Assembly: GCA_963701295.1 (NCBI GenBank)
Contig: OY969585.1
Coordinates: 1,120,001-1,184,000, forward strand
Direction: 5' to 3'
DNA length: 64,000 nt
DNA from: Ignavibacteriota bacterium
GTDB taxonomy: Bacteria > Bacteroidota > Ignavibacteria > UBA10030
This document shows, in pieces, positions 20,298-29,909 of the stretch. Under the pieces are notes generated by a model, which was not told the origin of the DNA, searched no databases, and was given only the letters and a program-made list of their open reading frames with translations. Every line of letters begins with the position of its first letter. Position 1 is the first letter of the stretch. A program made the translations under genes and the position numbers.

Positions 20298-20993
20298 ATG
20301 AATATCAAGGATAAAGTTGTACTCATGACCGGCGCTTCCAGCGGTATCGGAAAAGCTACTGCCGAGTTGTTTATCAGGAAAGGTGCGAAAGTTGTGCTAG
20401 CGGCACGATCTCTTGAAGAAGTGAAAGAACTTGCAGCAAAAATGCCGGACTCTCTTGCCGTGGCTGTGGATATGACGAAACCACAGGAAATACAACAAAT
20501 GGTGCAGCAGACCCAAGCATATTACGGCCGAATCGATGTTCTCATTAATACTGCAGGTCAAGAATTGAATACGTCACTTGAACCTATTGACGTGGATGAT
20601 TTCGCCCGGCTTATGACTTCGGATGTTTACGGGCCACTCGTTGCTATGCAGACAACCATTCCGTTAATGAAACAACAGGGCGGTGGAGCGATCGTAAATA
20701 TCAGTTCAGGAGTGTTGCAAACAGCACGATCGACCTCGCAACAAACTGCATCTTCAAAGTCAGTATTGAATATGAATTCGCTGAATACACGAACTGAATA
20801 TACTGATCAAGGTATCAGTGTATCTCTTGTCTATCCTCGGGAGCCGGAAGCAGGTATTCATAAGCCTTCGAAACGGCACAAGGTAACACACACGAAGCGC
20901 CAGACTCATATACATAAGCTTGATTCAGTGGAAGCGATTGCGGCAAAGATCGTCGAAACAATAGAAAAGGGAATAGCTGTAGAATTCTTTTGA
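20298..20993 (+). CDS. Short-chain dehydrogenase/reductase (possibly catalytically degenerate)
   Basis: TGASSGIG, GRIDVLINTAG, IVNISS; no YxxxK. Confidence 0.8.
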   Translation: MNIKDKVVLMTGASSGIGKATAELFIRKGAKVVLAARSLEEVKELAAKMPDSLAVAVDMTKPQEIQQMVQQTQAYYGRIDVLINTAGQELNTSLEPIDVDDFARLMTSDVYGPLVAMQTTIPLMKQQGGGAIVNISSGVLQTARSTSQQTASSKSVLNMNSLNTRTEYTDQGISVSLVYPREPEAGIHKPSKRHKVTHTKRQTHIHKLDSVEAIAAKIVETIEKGIAVEFF

Positions 20994-21043
20994 AACCGCT
21001 GCACTGAATTTCTTACCACGCCCTCTTTACTATAACGAGAAGC

Positions 21044-21072
21044 TTGATATTTGATTGAGCAAAAGGTAGATT
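21044..21072 (+). promoter_or_regulatory. Putative sigma70-type promoter
   Basis: TTGATA-17 nt-TAGATT; near-identical motif at 23188 and 44317. Confidence 0.5.
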
Positions 21073-21151
21073 ATTCTCGTTCGTACACTTCCGATATGTA
21101 TTCTTTGGCGAGATATTAGTATTGCGATAGAGAATATCACCCATCCTTGCA

Positions 21152-23155
21152 ATGGATAGCAAATTGAGATCCTATTATCTCGAGATGATAAATTTCCGAA
21201 TAATTCTTTCCATGATATGGATTATGTATTCAGGGGCGTCTGCACAAACGTCTTCTGATTCCGAATATAAGCAAAAACAGTTTTTACAAAAGCTTGCGAA
21301 TGAAAAGGCCGTCGTACAACGACAACAGTTGTTTGCAGAAACAGCGGCAAGTGTATGGTTTGATGTTACGTATTATCGCCTCGATTTAAATATCAGGACG
21401 TCGTCAAGTTATCTTCAAGGGAAGGTCACCATAACGGGAATATGTCGTACAGACAGCACACGTTCTCTCACGCTCGATCTTGTGGATCAAATGCATGTGG
21501 ATTCGGTGCTCGTGGATGGCCGAATCAGCCTTTTCGCTCAAAACAAAAGTTCCTTTGATATAACGCTCGCTCATTCTTATATGTTCGCGGAAACTCTTTC
21601 GATCGATGTTTTTTACGAAGGTGTACCGATTGCGACAGGACTCGGAAGTTTCTTTTTTGACTCTCATGCAGGCGTACCATGGGTGTATTCGCTGAGCGAA
21701 CCGTATGGAGCAAAAGATTGGTGGCCTTGTAAAGATGATCCAAGTGATAAAGCGGACTCTGCCGATATCATTGTCACATGCGATTCAAATTTGAAAGTTG
21801 GTTCGGAAGGCATTCTTGTCTCGGTAATCGATAATGGCAACGGAACCTCGACATACCATTGGAAAGAGCGATATCCCATCGCTTCCTATCTGATCTCAAT
21901 TGCAATCACGAATTACACTCAGTTTTCCAACTGGTTTCGGTATTCAAAGACGGATTCCATGGAAGTGCTGAACTACGTTCTTCCCGAACATTATAATGAT
22001 GCAATCCAATCTCTTCCGCGAGTGATCGACATGCTGGCAATTTATTCGAACCTTTTCGGCCTGTATCCTTTCATCAAAGAAAAATACGGCCATGCAGAAT
22101 TTGGAAGAGGCGGGGCGATGGAGCATCAAACCATGACTTCTACAACAACATTTGAAGAGAATACCATTGCACATGAACTTGCTCATCAGTGGTTTGGAGA
22201 TATGATTACATGCCGGTCATGGTCGGAACTCTGGTTAAATGAAGGTTTTGCACAATACTCCACAGCGCTCTATCTTGAACGGCGCTACGGCATCGATTCA
22301 TATTGGGCATATATGAATCCGCAATTTGATCAAGCTCAGACCACGCACAGTGTGCTTGGAAATCCCGACACAACCAATGTTCTCAATCTTTTTAATTCAG
22401 CCCTTGTCTATTCGAAAGGGGCTTCTGTATTGCATATGCTTCGCCATGTTTTGGGAGATAGTATTTTTTTCCATTCTCTCCGTGCGTATGCAAACAGTCC
22501 GGCGTTACAATATAGTACAGCGACCACGAGAGATTTTCAATCAATCTGTGAAAACGTTTCAGGAAAAAATCTCAATTACTTCTTTCAGGAATGGATTTAT
22601 GGTGAAGAGTATCCGGTGTATAACTATTCCTGGACTTGGAAATCTTTGGGTGATTCCTCTGTGATCATTTTGGATATCGGACAAATAAGCGGCCGAAGTA
22701 ATCCCGTATTCTTCACTATGCCTATCGATATTCGGATCACGACAGCCGGACGGGATACGACGCTCACCGTGTTGAACGATTTACAGCAACAGAGATTTGT
22801 TATCAAGAGTACTGACAAACCTTCTGCAGTGCTTCTTGATCCCGATAAATGGATTCTGAAGTTTGTAAATTCTGACAACGATCTGCTGCCATCGGAATAT
22901 ATATTGGAACAAAACTATCCCAACCCTTTCAATTCGACAACGAATATTGTTTACTGGCTTCAGCGGCAGGGAGAGGTTACTCTGAAAATCTACGATGTTC
23001 TCGGACGCGAGATCACAACGCTTGTGAACGCTCGACAAACTCCAGGAGTGTACGAGTACCAATGGACGCCTCTCACCTGTGCGAGCGGAATATATTTTTA
23101 TCGCCTCATTGCCGGAAATGTGTACCTGCAGAAAAAGATGATACTTCTTAGATAA
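21152..23155 (+). CDS. M1 aminopeptidase with T9SS-type C-terminal sorting domain
   Basis: WWPCKD.PSDKA, GAMEHQT, HELAHQWFGD...WLNEGFA, YSKG; LEQNYPNPFN...SGIYFYRL...KKMILLR. Confidence 0.93.
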   Translation: MDSKLRSYYLEMINFRIILSMIWIMYSGASAQTSSDSEYKQKQFLQKLANEKAVVQRQQLFAETAASVWFDVTYYRLDLNIRTSSSYLQGKVTITGICRTDSTRSLTLDLVDQMHVDSVLVDGRISLFAQNKSSFDITLAHSYMFAETLSIDVFYEGVPIATGLGSFFFDSHAGVPWVYSLSEPYGAKDWWPCKDDPSDKADSADIIVTCDSNLKVGSEGILVSVIDNGNGTSTYHWKERYPIASYLISIAITNYTQFSNWFRYSKTDSMEVLNYVLPEHYNDAIQSLPRVIDMLAIYSNLFGLYPFIKEKYGHAEFGRGGAMEHQTMTSTTTFEENTIAHELAHQWFGDMITCRSWSELWLNEGFAQYSTALYLERRYGIDSYWAYMNPQFDQAQTTHSVLGNPDTTNVLNLFNSALVYSKGASVLHMLRHVLGDSIFFHSLRAYANSPALQYSTATTRDFQSICENVSGKNLNYFFQEWIYGEEYPVYNYSWTWKSLGDSSVIILDIGQISGRSNPVFFTMPIDIRITTAGRDTTLTVLNDLQQQRFVIKSTDKPSAVLLDPDKWILKFVNSDNDLLPSEYILEQNYPNPFNSTTNIVYWLQRQGEVTLKIYDVLGREITTLVNARQTPGVYEYQWTPLTCASGIYFYRLIAGNVYLQKKMILLR

Positions 23156-23187
23156 GGTTTTATAGAAAGTCAGGCATCTTCTTCAAG

Positions 23188-23216
23188 TTGAAATTTGAAT
23201 GAACAATAAGTAGATT
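23188..23216 (+). promoter_or_regulatory. Putative sigma70-type promoter
   Basis: TTGAAA-17 nt-TAGATT. Confidence 0.5.
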
Positions 23217-23359
23217 GATCTTGGTTCATGGACTTACGCATTCAACAATAAAGGGAATGTTCTGGTTTTACAAAGAATATAGAGAAGAGAAAATATTTGC
23301 AGCAGGTTGTCTGCCCTTGTTTTTAAAGCTGTCACACTGATAAAGAGGAGGGAGTATCT

Positions 23360-24265
23360 ATGAAGATACTACGGCTCATCTTCTGGTCTTTTCTGTTTTC
23401 TGCCTTGGCACTTACTCTGAGCGATCAAGTTCTCTATAGATTTTGGCTTGTTCCTCAGCTTTCATCGCTCCAACAGGTTCCCTTTTATAGTTTTTTACTT
23501 GTTTTTTCCCCGATGGTGCTCGTCGTCATATTCTTTGGATGGATGCTCACATCGTGGAAACAGGTATGTCTTATCGCGTTCATTGTCGCATTGAGCCATC
23601 AGATCCATGATTCTCTCTGTATGTCTCTCGGGTCTCCGGGGTATTTCATGAGTTATGCGCCGGAAAATCCCTACACCTTTTGGCTTCTTCGTTCATTCTT
23701 GATGCTCTGCGTGTATGTGGCTGCGTTCAGTATCGTGTGGTACAGCAAAGTTGTTCTACAAAAAACATTTACCCGTCTTTCTTCTCGTCCTGTCTCACAT
23801 AGTAATCACGAGGAAATGGCGGCGCGTATAAACGATAATAAAAATGAGGATCGTATGCCTGCGAGAATTACATATCATGTTGTACCGGATCCGAGCGGCT
23901 GGCTTGTAAAAAAAGGAAGGGCAAAAAAAGCAAGCAGTGCTCATTCGACAAAAGAGGAAGCTCTGCGCGCTGCGAGCGATGTGGCAAAAAGTCATCCGCT
24001 GTCGCAGGTTGTCGTTCATAAGGCGTCCGGCGTTATTGAATCTGATCGAACCTTTGAATACAGGCACTACAAGAAGAAAAAAAAGAAAAAAGAAATCGGC
24101 AGAAAAATCAAAAAAGGATTGAAGCGAAATAAGCGGAAAGAAAGCGAACAACGCCTGCGGCGGCGAAAGGCGGCGCAGTTAGGAATTGCACGCTTGAAAA
24201 GAAAACGATATCTGCGGCGTCAAGCGGCAAAAAAGGGGGCACAGAAAAGAAAAAATAAGCGATAG
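23360..24265 (+). CDS. Membrane domain + DUF2188 domain + very basic tail
   Basis: 4 TM segments; YHVVP...GW.VK..G..KAS..H.TKEEA...A.....SQVVVH...G.I (DUF2188); K/R-rich last 65 aa. Confidence 0.7.
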   Translation: MKILRLIFWSFLFSALALTLSDQVLYRFWLVPQLSSLQQVPFYSFLLVFSPMVLVVIFFGWMLTSWKQVCLIAFIVALSHQIHDSLCMSLGSPGYFMSYAPENPYTFWLLRSFLMLCVYVAAFSIVWYSKVVLQKTFTRLSSRPVSHSNHEEMAARINDNKNEDRMPARITYHVVPDPSGWLVKKGRAKKASSAHSTKEEALRAASDVAKSHPLSQVVVHKASGVIESDRTFEYRHYKKKKKKKEIGRKIKKGLKRNKRKESEQRLRRRKAAQLGIARLKRKRYLRRQAAKKGAQKRKNKR

Positions 24266-24275
24266 GGATTTCCTT

Positions 24276-25031
24276 ATGTATTCCAATAAATTCTATATGC
24301 CGCACCGTGTGGTTTTGATTTTTGTATGCTGTATCGTATCGTCATGTCTTTTTCAGAGAACGGGGAAAGATCAGGCAAATTCTTCACCGCTGTTGTCTGC
24401 AGGACAATCGGAAGAAGATCATGCCCGGCTTGACACTGTTTTTAAGGCGGCGTACCGCGCATTTGAACAAAAAGAATATATTCGTGCCATTGAATTATTT
24501 AAACGGCACAATGAACTCAATACCGCACTCATGAATTATGAAAGCTATGCATTTATGGCTGAATGCTATCATCGGATGGATCAAAAGGAACAAGGGGAGC
24601 GTATCTACACGGAAGCCCTCCTGAAGAACTCGCAGCGGCCGAAAGATATGAACACAATATATTTTTCAACATTGAGGTCGGAAGAGCTTGACTCATGGAA
24701 ATCGAAGTATCCTTCTTTTCCTGCAGTTCTCAAGAAGGAAAACGGTTTTCTTCCGTATGACGAGTGGCCGGTTGCTGTCTATAAGAAGGCGCCTGTGTAT
24801 CCGGATTCGGCATTACGCAGCGGCATGGAAGGAGATGTTTTTGTCAAAGCGTTAATCGATGAATACGGCAATGTGGTCAGCGTTTCATTTCTGAAATCGA
24901 CTGAAAAAATCTTCGAAGTTCCCGCCCTCAATGCAGTGGAACAATGGAAATTTTCTCCGTTTAAGAAAAAAGGCATGCCAATAAAAATGGAGATTACCGT
25001 ACCGGTGAAATTTAGAATATCACGATCGTAG
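24276..25031 (+). CDS. TPR-like + TonB C-terminal domain protein (possible lipoprotein)
   Basis: PVYPDSALRSGMEGDVFVKALIDEYGNV...AVEQWKFSP...VPVKF. Confidence 0.85.
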   Translation: MYSNKFYMPHRVVLIFVCCIVSSCLFQRTGKDQANSSPLLSAGQSEEDHARLDTVFKAAYRAFEQKEYIRAIELFKRHNELNTALMNYESYAFMAECYHRMDQKEQGERIYTEALLKNSQRPKDMNTIYFSTLRSEELDSWKSKYPSFPAVLKKENGFLPYDEWPVAVYKKAPVYPDSALRSGMEGDVFVKALIDEYGNVVSVSFLKSTEKIFEVPALNAVEQWKFSPFKKKGMPIKMEITVPVKFRISRS

Positions 25032-25458
25032 CAATCTGCGCTTCAATACTTAAGCATACGATTGTACAGGGTATTGACTCATCTCGTTTTTCTTGTTTAC
25101 TGGGGTTACGTAAAGATGAAAAGAACAACTGTCAGTCCCTCGCGTTTTTTAGGAAGAATCTTACAAAAGAAAGTCGCTTGAAAAATATTTTTCATGCCTA
25201 TTGACAAATAAATAAAAAAGTACCATGTTGTTCCAGCAATGGTTATACTATGACGAGATAGTACTATTTGCTGACGCCAAATATTTCATTTTATTTCAAT
25301 TCAATTTACTCTATTTATTATTGGAAGAGAATAGAAAATCCTGAGAGATTTAGATGGGTAAAGTGGTATAACAAATACAGCGCCTTATAACTTCTTGGAT
25401 TTCATATTTGTGATTTTTTGTTCCCTTTGTATAAAAGCAGACCATAAGTATTGTTTTT

Positions 25459-26028
25459 ATGAAAGAATCGTTTCCCAAAGCAATATTCTCGCGAAAACGG
25501 ATCGCTTTAATAATAGTATTTTTAATTATTACAATATTCGTTATAGGCTATTTATACCTTCAAAGCCAATTCGATTTTCCTCCTCCTATCATAGGAGAAA
25601 AAATGTCGCCAGCGATAGTACAAACACTTGATGGTAAAAATGTATCTATTTATTCATTCCTTGTAAAAAAAAGTATCGTAATGTTCTTTTGGACAGATTG
25701 TTCTCATTGTAAGAATGAAATAACCGATATACTTTCGTTGTATCCTGTTTTGAAAGATTCAATGAATATCGTTGGTATTTCATTTAGTGGTAAAGAACAA
25801 ACTGTTGACTTCATTATAACATCGGGAATTAAATTTCCCGTATTCCGTGATGTGAACTGGGAAGCCAAAAATAGTTTTCATGCAAATGTAACTCCATCGA
25901 TATTTTTTGTAGATTCAAGACAGCGATTAGTAAAGTATAAATTTGGAGAGCAAAGTAAAAAGCAATTGGGTGCAATGTTGCTTTGGTTTGCTAATATAAC
26001 TCCGGATTCAACACTTAAACAATTATGA
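25459..26028 (+). CDS. Membrane-anchored TlpA/ResA-type thiol-disulfide oxidoreductase
   Basis: N-terminal TM; FFWTDCSHC (CxxC); FPV..D; VTPSIFFVD. Confidence 0.85.
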   Translation: MKESFPKAIFSRKRIALIIVFLIITIFVIGYLYLQSQFDFPPPIIGEKMSPAIVQTLDGKNVSIYSFLVKKSIVMFFWTDCSHCKNEITDILSLYPVLKDSMNIVGISFSGKEQTVDFIITSGIKFPVFRDVNWEAKNSFHANVTPSIFFVDSRQRLVKYKFGEQSKKQLGAMLLWFANITPDSTLKQL

Positions 26029-26561
26029 AGCAGAAAAAAATAATTGCCGCAATAGTTTTAATCGCAAGTGTTGCCGGGCTCAGTGCAATCTGCTGGTTTT
26101 TACAAAAGCCGCATGCAGATAGAATACTCTCAGCTTGGATGATAAATGCGGAATACATTGGCGACGACGGTATTGTCATGCAAACAAAGCACAATAGCTG
26201 CGGGCCCAGCGCTCTGAAAATGATATTTGATCACTACAATATTTCTTCCTCGCTGAAAGAGATTGAGCAGAGTGTCAATCTTACCCAAAAAGGTTCGTCA
26301 ATGCTTGCATTGAAGGAAATGGCAGAACTGAGAGGATTAAAAGCAGAAGGATGGCGCTTCACGTTGGAAGATTTTCTGCGTTCCTCATTTCCATCGATTC
26401 TCTATGTGAATAAGGATCACTACATCGTTGCGGATAGCGTATCTGTGGATGGTAATGTATATGTTTGCGATCCTGCTATTGGCAAACTTCGGATATCTAA
26501 GGAAAAGCTCAATAAAATTTGGGGGGGGGCGAAACGTTGGTGTTTGAGAAAAAGTAAATAG
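26025..26561 (+). CDS. Stand-alone C39 family cysteine peptidase with N-terminal TM/signal
   Basis: MQTKHNSCGPSALKMI (Q-x5-C), G.SM.ALK..AE..GL.A, DHYIV, DPAIG; not fused to an ABC transporter; G9 run near the C-terminus. Confidence 0.88.
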   Translation: MKQKKIIAAIVLIASVAGLSAICWFLQKPHADRILSAWMINAEYIGDDGIVMQTKHNSCGPSALKMIFDHYNISSSLKEIEQSVNLTQKGSSMLALKEMAELRGLKAEGWRFTLEDFLRSSFPSILYVNKDHYIVADSVSVDGNVYVCDPAIGKLRISKEKLNKIWGGAKRWCLRKSK

Positions 26562-26586
26562 TGAATAGTAAATAGTAAATAGAAAT
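26553..26586 (+). repeat. Heptamer tandem repeat (AGTRAAT) x4-5
   Basis: agtaaat agtgaat agtaaat agtaaat agaaat overlapping the C39 stop. Confidence 0.6.
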
Positions 26587-26642
26587 AGGAGATCTAAAAT
26601 CGTAAATTGGCAATCGTAAGTCGGAAATTAAGTATAACTCCT

Positions 26643-26742
26643 TGCTCACTGGTTTGTTCATTGCGAATGAAGAAGAAGCACTTGGTTGGCCCCCTTAGAG
26701 CTGAATTGGAATTCGCTGTGAAGAAACGGGCCACAGTGAGCA
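26643..26742 (+). other. About 100-nt imperfect stem-loop upstream of the precursor gene
   Basis: TGCTCACTG (26643) pairs with CAGTGAGCA (26734); GTTTGTTCATTGCGAAT (26652) pairs with ATTCGCTGTGAAGAAAC (26711). Confidence 0.55.
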
Positions 26743-26788
26743 GAAAATAATAAACTAACAATAAACAAATAACATAAAGGAGGTACAT

Positions 26789-26935
26789 ATGAGTGCAGGA
26801 TGTTGGTGGGCTGTAGCAGGAATGGGTGTTGCTATGATGGGTGCCTGTGCTATTACAGGTGGCTTGTCAGCAATCGTTTGGGGCGCTAGTTTGTTGACCT
26901 CAACAGGAGGTCTTATTTCTGGTTGCGGTGGTTAA
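26789..26935 (+). CDS. Putative bacteriocin/RiPP precursor, 48 aa: MSAGCWWAVAGMGVAMMGACAITGGLSAIVWGASLLTSTGGLISGCGG
   Basis: Below the ORF-track cutoff; perfect AAAGGAGGT RBS just upstream; followed by a stem-loop; between a C39 peptidase and ABC exporter genes. Confidence 0.8.
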   Translation: MSAGCWWAVAGMGVAMMGACAITGGLSAIVWGASLLTSTGGLISGCGG

Positions 26936-26946
26936 TCTCAATAGTT

Positions 26947-26977
26947 CTGTTGGGCGGGATGAATTCCCGCTCAACAG
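26947..26977 (+). terminator. Stem-loop after the precursor gene (stabiliser or partial terminator)
   Basis: CTGTTGGGCGGGA-tgaat-TCCCGCTCAACAG, 13-bp stem with one G-U pair; no clear U tract. Confidence 0.6.
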
Positions 26978-27005
26978 TTCAAACATCATTTCTAGAGGAA
27001 ATGAA

Positions 27006-27758
27006 ATGTATAATTTTAAAATATTGAAAATTATTTATGAGTTAAACACAACTCTTTCGAAGCGTGTAAAAAAGTTTGAGTGGTTTTATATCACTTTAAT
27101 TGGTTTTGCCTGCCTCTTCCTTGGAGTGATAATTGGAGTTCCGTTATTTACAAAATTGGTGAAATTTCGGGACGAAATGGACTTCAAAAATGCATTAAAT
27201 TTTATCCCAATTTTAGTTCTCCTAATTGATCTCATCCCAACGATATTGCGCTATCAGTATAAAACACTTATCGAGAAACGTCATTTAAGTATTTTCCCTA
27301 TAAAAAGATTGCACACACTTTGGTTTCATTATTTTCTCTGGCTCTCTGATATTAAAAATGCTACTTATATCGTTTGTTTATTATCATTTCAAATATATTT
27401 CCTTGCTCTGTCTATGTTTATTGGTGCTCTTTTGAGTTCATTGTTATGGTTGTTTTTCTTTCTAACAGTAATAACTGGATATCTCATTTTATTTGAATTG
27501 TATAGTGACGTCTTAATGAAATATCGACAACACGCAATAAGCTTTTTTTTTCTTCTGTTAATCTTGGTGAATGCTATAAGAATTATCGGTCGTGAAGACT
27601 TTTATTCCTCTATTCCAATCACTAGCTTTGTGGGAAACGGGCTCTATGCGCTTTCTGTCGGAAACTTTTCTGTTGCTTCATGGAATCTCTTGCTACTATT
27701 ATCCTCGTTTTCTATAGGCGTGTCACTTCTTATCTTCTTAAACCCTAAGAGACGATGA
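27006..27758 (+). CDS. Putative ABC-2-type exporter permease
   Basis: About 6 TM; LSIFPI motif; start MYNFK after AGAGGA; ATGA overlap with the next gene. Confidence 0.65.
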   Translation: MYNFKILKIIYELNTTLSKRVKKFEWFYITLIGFACLFLGVIIGVPLFTKLVKFRDEMDFKNALNFIPILVLLIDLIPTILRYQYKTLIEKRHLSIFPIKRLHTLWFHYFLWLSDIKNATYIVCLLSFQIYFLALSMFIGALLSSLLWLFFFLTVITGYLILFELYSDVLMKYRQHAISFFFLLLILVNAIRIIGREDFYSSIPITSFVGNGLYALSVGNFSVASWNLLLLLSSFSIGVSLLIFLNPKRR

Positions 27759-28426
27759 CTTATTATCGGTTTATTCTTTTGTTAATAACTCAATTCAAAT
27801 TATTGAATCGCTATTTAAGGATTCCGGTGCTATTTATTCTACTTTTTCTTTATACATTTGCTTTTGCTTTTCTAAAACATGCTTTTGGTAAACCTATTCA
27901 TCTTCCATTCGTAACGATGATTATTAATATTTTATTCATCGGTTTTCTTTTCAGTGAATATTTCATAGCAGGTGTTAATGAAAAGATATTCTACGCAATC
28001 TTTTCATCAAAAATAAGAAATATAGTATTAACGAATAATGTCGCTTTAATGATTATTATTTGGATTTTGCCAATACCAATATTTATCATCGAACTTATTT
28101 ATTTCTCATCAACATGGCATGAAATATATGATGCCTTGCAGTATGTAGTTATAACAACGCCTGGTTATGTTTATCTATTAGACATATTTTCTACATCTAT
28201 AAAAAAACCAACACGATATATTTCTACGTTTGTACAAATGTTTCTTCAAGTAATCAATATTCTTCTTGCATCTACTCCGTACGCAATATTGCACTTATGG
28301 AGCACATCTAATATCCTTTATATAATTGTCTGTCTGTTCATATTTTGTTTTTGGTACTTTTATGGAGTTACAAGTATTGTCAACTATTTTCGTCAGAGTA
28401 TAATCGGAGCTATTCAAAACCAATGA
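27755..28426 (+). CDS. Putative ABC exporter permease / immunity membrane protein
   Basis: About 6 TM; translationally coupled to both neighbours. Confidence 0.65.
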   Translation: MTYYRFILLLITQFKLLNRYLRIPVLFILLFLYTFAFAFLKHAFGKPIHLPFVTMIINILFIGFLFSEYFIAGVNEKIFYAIFSSKIRNIVLTNNVALMIIIWILPIPIFIIELIYFSSTWHEIYDALQYVVITTPGYVYLLDIFSTSIKKPTRYISTFVQMFLQVINILLASTPYAILHLWSTSNILYIIVCLFIFCFWYFYGVTSIVNYFRQSIIGAIQNQ

Positions 28427-29208
28427 ATGCGATTGAAATACAAGACCTACAAAAAACCTATAAGAATAAGGTAATTGCATTAAATTCATTGAATCTTAAT
28501 GTTCCAAAATCTTGTATTTTAGGATTGCTTGGTCTAAACGGTGCTGGAAAATCTACAACCATCAACATACTCGCAGGTATTTTACAGAAAACTGATGGAC
28601 GTATTCTCATTTATGACAAAGAGATTAATGATGATGAGTATGAATACAAGAGTTACACTGGATTTGTGCTCGAGCGACCACACTATTTTGAAAAGCTCTC
28701 CGTAGAAGAGTACTTAGAATTTGTCGGTGCGATGTATGGTCTTGATGTTCACGAAATAAAAAAGCGGACAAATGAGTTACTTGAGTTACTTGAACTTCAA
28801 AGTAATAGGAGGCAATGGATTGAAACTTATTCAGCCGGAATGAAGAAAAAAGTTTCGCTTGCCGCTGCGATCATCCACAATCCCCAATTGTTAATTCTTG
28901 ACGAGCCGCTGGAGGGAATAGATCCAATCTCAGTAAAGCGAATTAAAGATATTCTGAAACTAATGGTACAAAACGGTGCAGCGATATTAATAACTTCTCA
29001 TGTTCTTGATACAATAGAAAAAATTTGCGATGAAATTGCAATAATAAATAAAGGAGAAATCATCTTTCGATCAAAAACTGAAGAGATTCGAGCTAGAATT
29101 AAAAACGAATTTACTCATGAAACCTATCAATCATTGGAAGAAATATTCATCGATGTCGTTAATAATAAGAATGGAGAAAAGCCGAAAGGAAGATTATCAT
29201 GGCTATAG
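28423..29208 (+). CDS. ABC transporter ATP-binding protein
   Basis: GLNGAGKSTT, YSAGMKKK, LILDEP, TSH; start MNAIEI overlaps the upstream stop (ATGA). Confidence 0.95.
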   Translation: MNAIEIQDLQKTYKNKVIALNSLNLNVPKSCILGLLGLNGAGKSTTINILAGILQKTDGRILIYDKEINDDEYEYKSYTGFVLERPHYFEKLSVEEYLEFVGAMYGLDVHEIKKRTNELLELLELQSNRRQWIETYSAGMKKKVSLAAAIIHNPQLLILDEPLEGIDPISVKRIKDILKLMVQNGAAILITSHVLDTIEKICDEIAIINKGEIIFRSKTEEIRARIKNEFTHETYQSLEEIFIDVVNNKNGEKPKGRLSWL

Positions 29209-29909
29209 CACTATCCAATATTGTAAATATATTTGCAATCCCGAATGATGTTTTTCAAAACATTAAAACAAGCCCGAAATGGCTTATAGCATTTTTATTT
29301 ATGTTTATTGTAAGCGCAACCTGTGGATATTTTATGGAACCATTCACACAAAAAGTTATGGAACACACTCTTTCCGCTAAAATGAGCGATGAGCAAGTTC
29401 GGCAAACTTTGGATGTGGCTTCAAGATTTCATTTTCTTTTGCTTTTGTTCTCTGCTGTTCCATTATTTGCAAAATGGCTGTTTATTTCGTTATTCCTATA
29501 TTTGGGTGCAATTCTATTGAATGCAGAAAAAACGAATTTTAGAAATATTTATTCAGCCGTAGTTCATTCAGAACTTATTTTATTGCTCATGCTTATGTTG
29601 AATGTCCTTATTTTGCATGTTAAAGGAGTAGAGTCAGTAAATAATATAACAGATCTTAACGCAATTATTGGATTAGAATACTTTCTTGGAGATAAAATAC
29701 ACAATATACCTTTGTACACTTTCCTTAATAACTTCAATGTCTTTTCGATTTGGTATCTTGTCATCCTCATAATCGGCATATCGGTTATTTGCCAAATAGA
29801 AAAATGGAAATCTGCAATATTAGTCTCATCAGTGTTGTTGCTGGGTGTAGGTGTCCAAGTTGCTTTTGTTTCCTTGTCCGAAAATATGCAGCATATGATG
29901 GGGAGTTGA
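29199..29909 (+). CDS. Yip1 family membrane protein
   Basis: IFAIP..VF..IK..PKW, F..IYS.V.HS, NVFSIW..VILIIG; 5 TM. Confidence 0.75.
   Translation: MAIALSNIVNIFAIPNDVFQNIKTSPKWLIAFLFMFIVSATCGYFMEPFTQKVMEHTLSAKMSDEQVRQTLDVASRFHFLLLLFSAVPLFAKWLFISLFLYLGAILLNAEKTNFRNIYSAVVHSELILLLMLMLNVLILHVKGVESVNNITDLNAIIGLEYFLGDKIHNIPLYTFLNNFNVFSIWYLVILIIGISVICQIEKWKSAILVSSVLLLGVGVQVAFVSLSENMQHMMGS

Noticed and set aside
25201-25230. TTGACA as the peptide-cluster promoter
   Set aside because: No convincing -10 hexamer at 16-18 nt spacing.
26947-26959. 12-nt match (TGTTGGGCGGGA) between the post-precursor hairpin and the reverse complement of the attC1/attC2 insert junction
   Set aside because: Short and a different hairpin geometry; may be chance.
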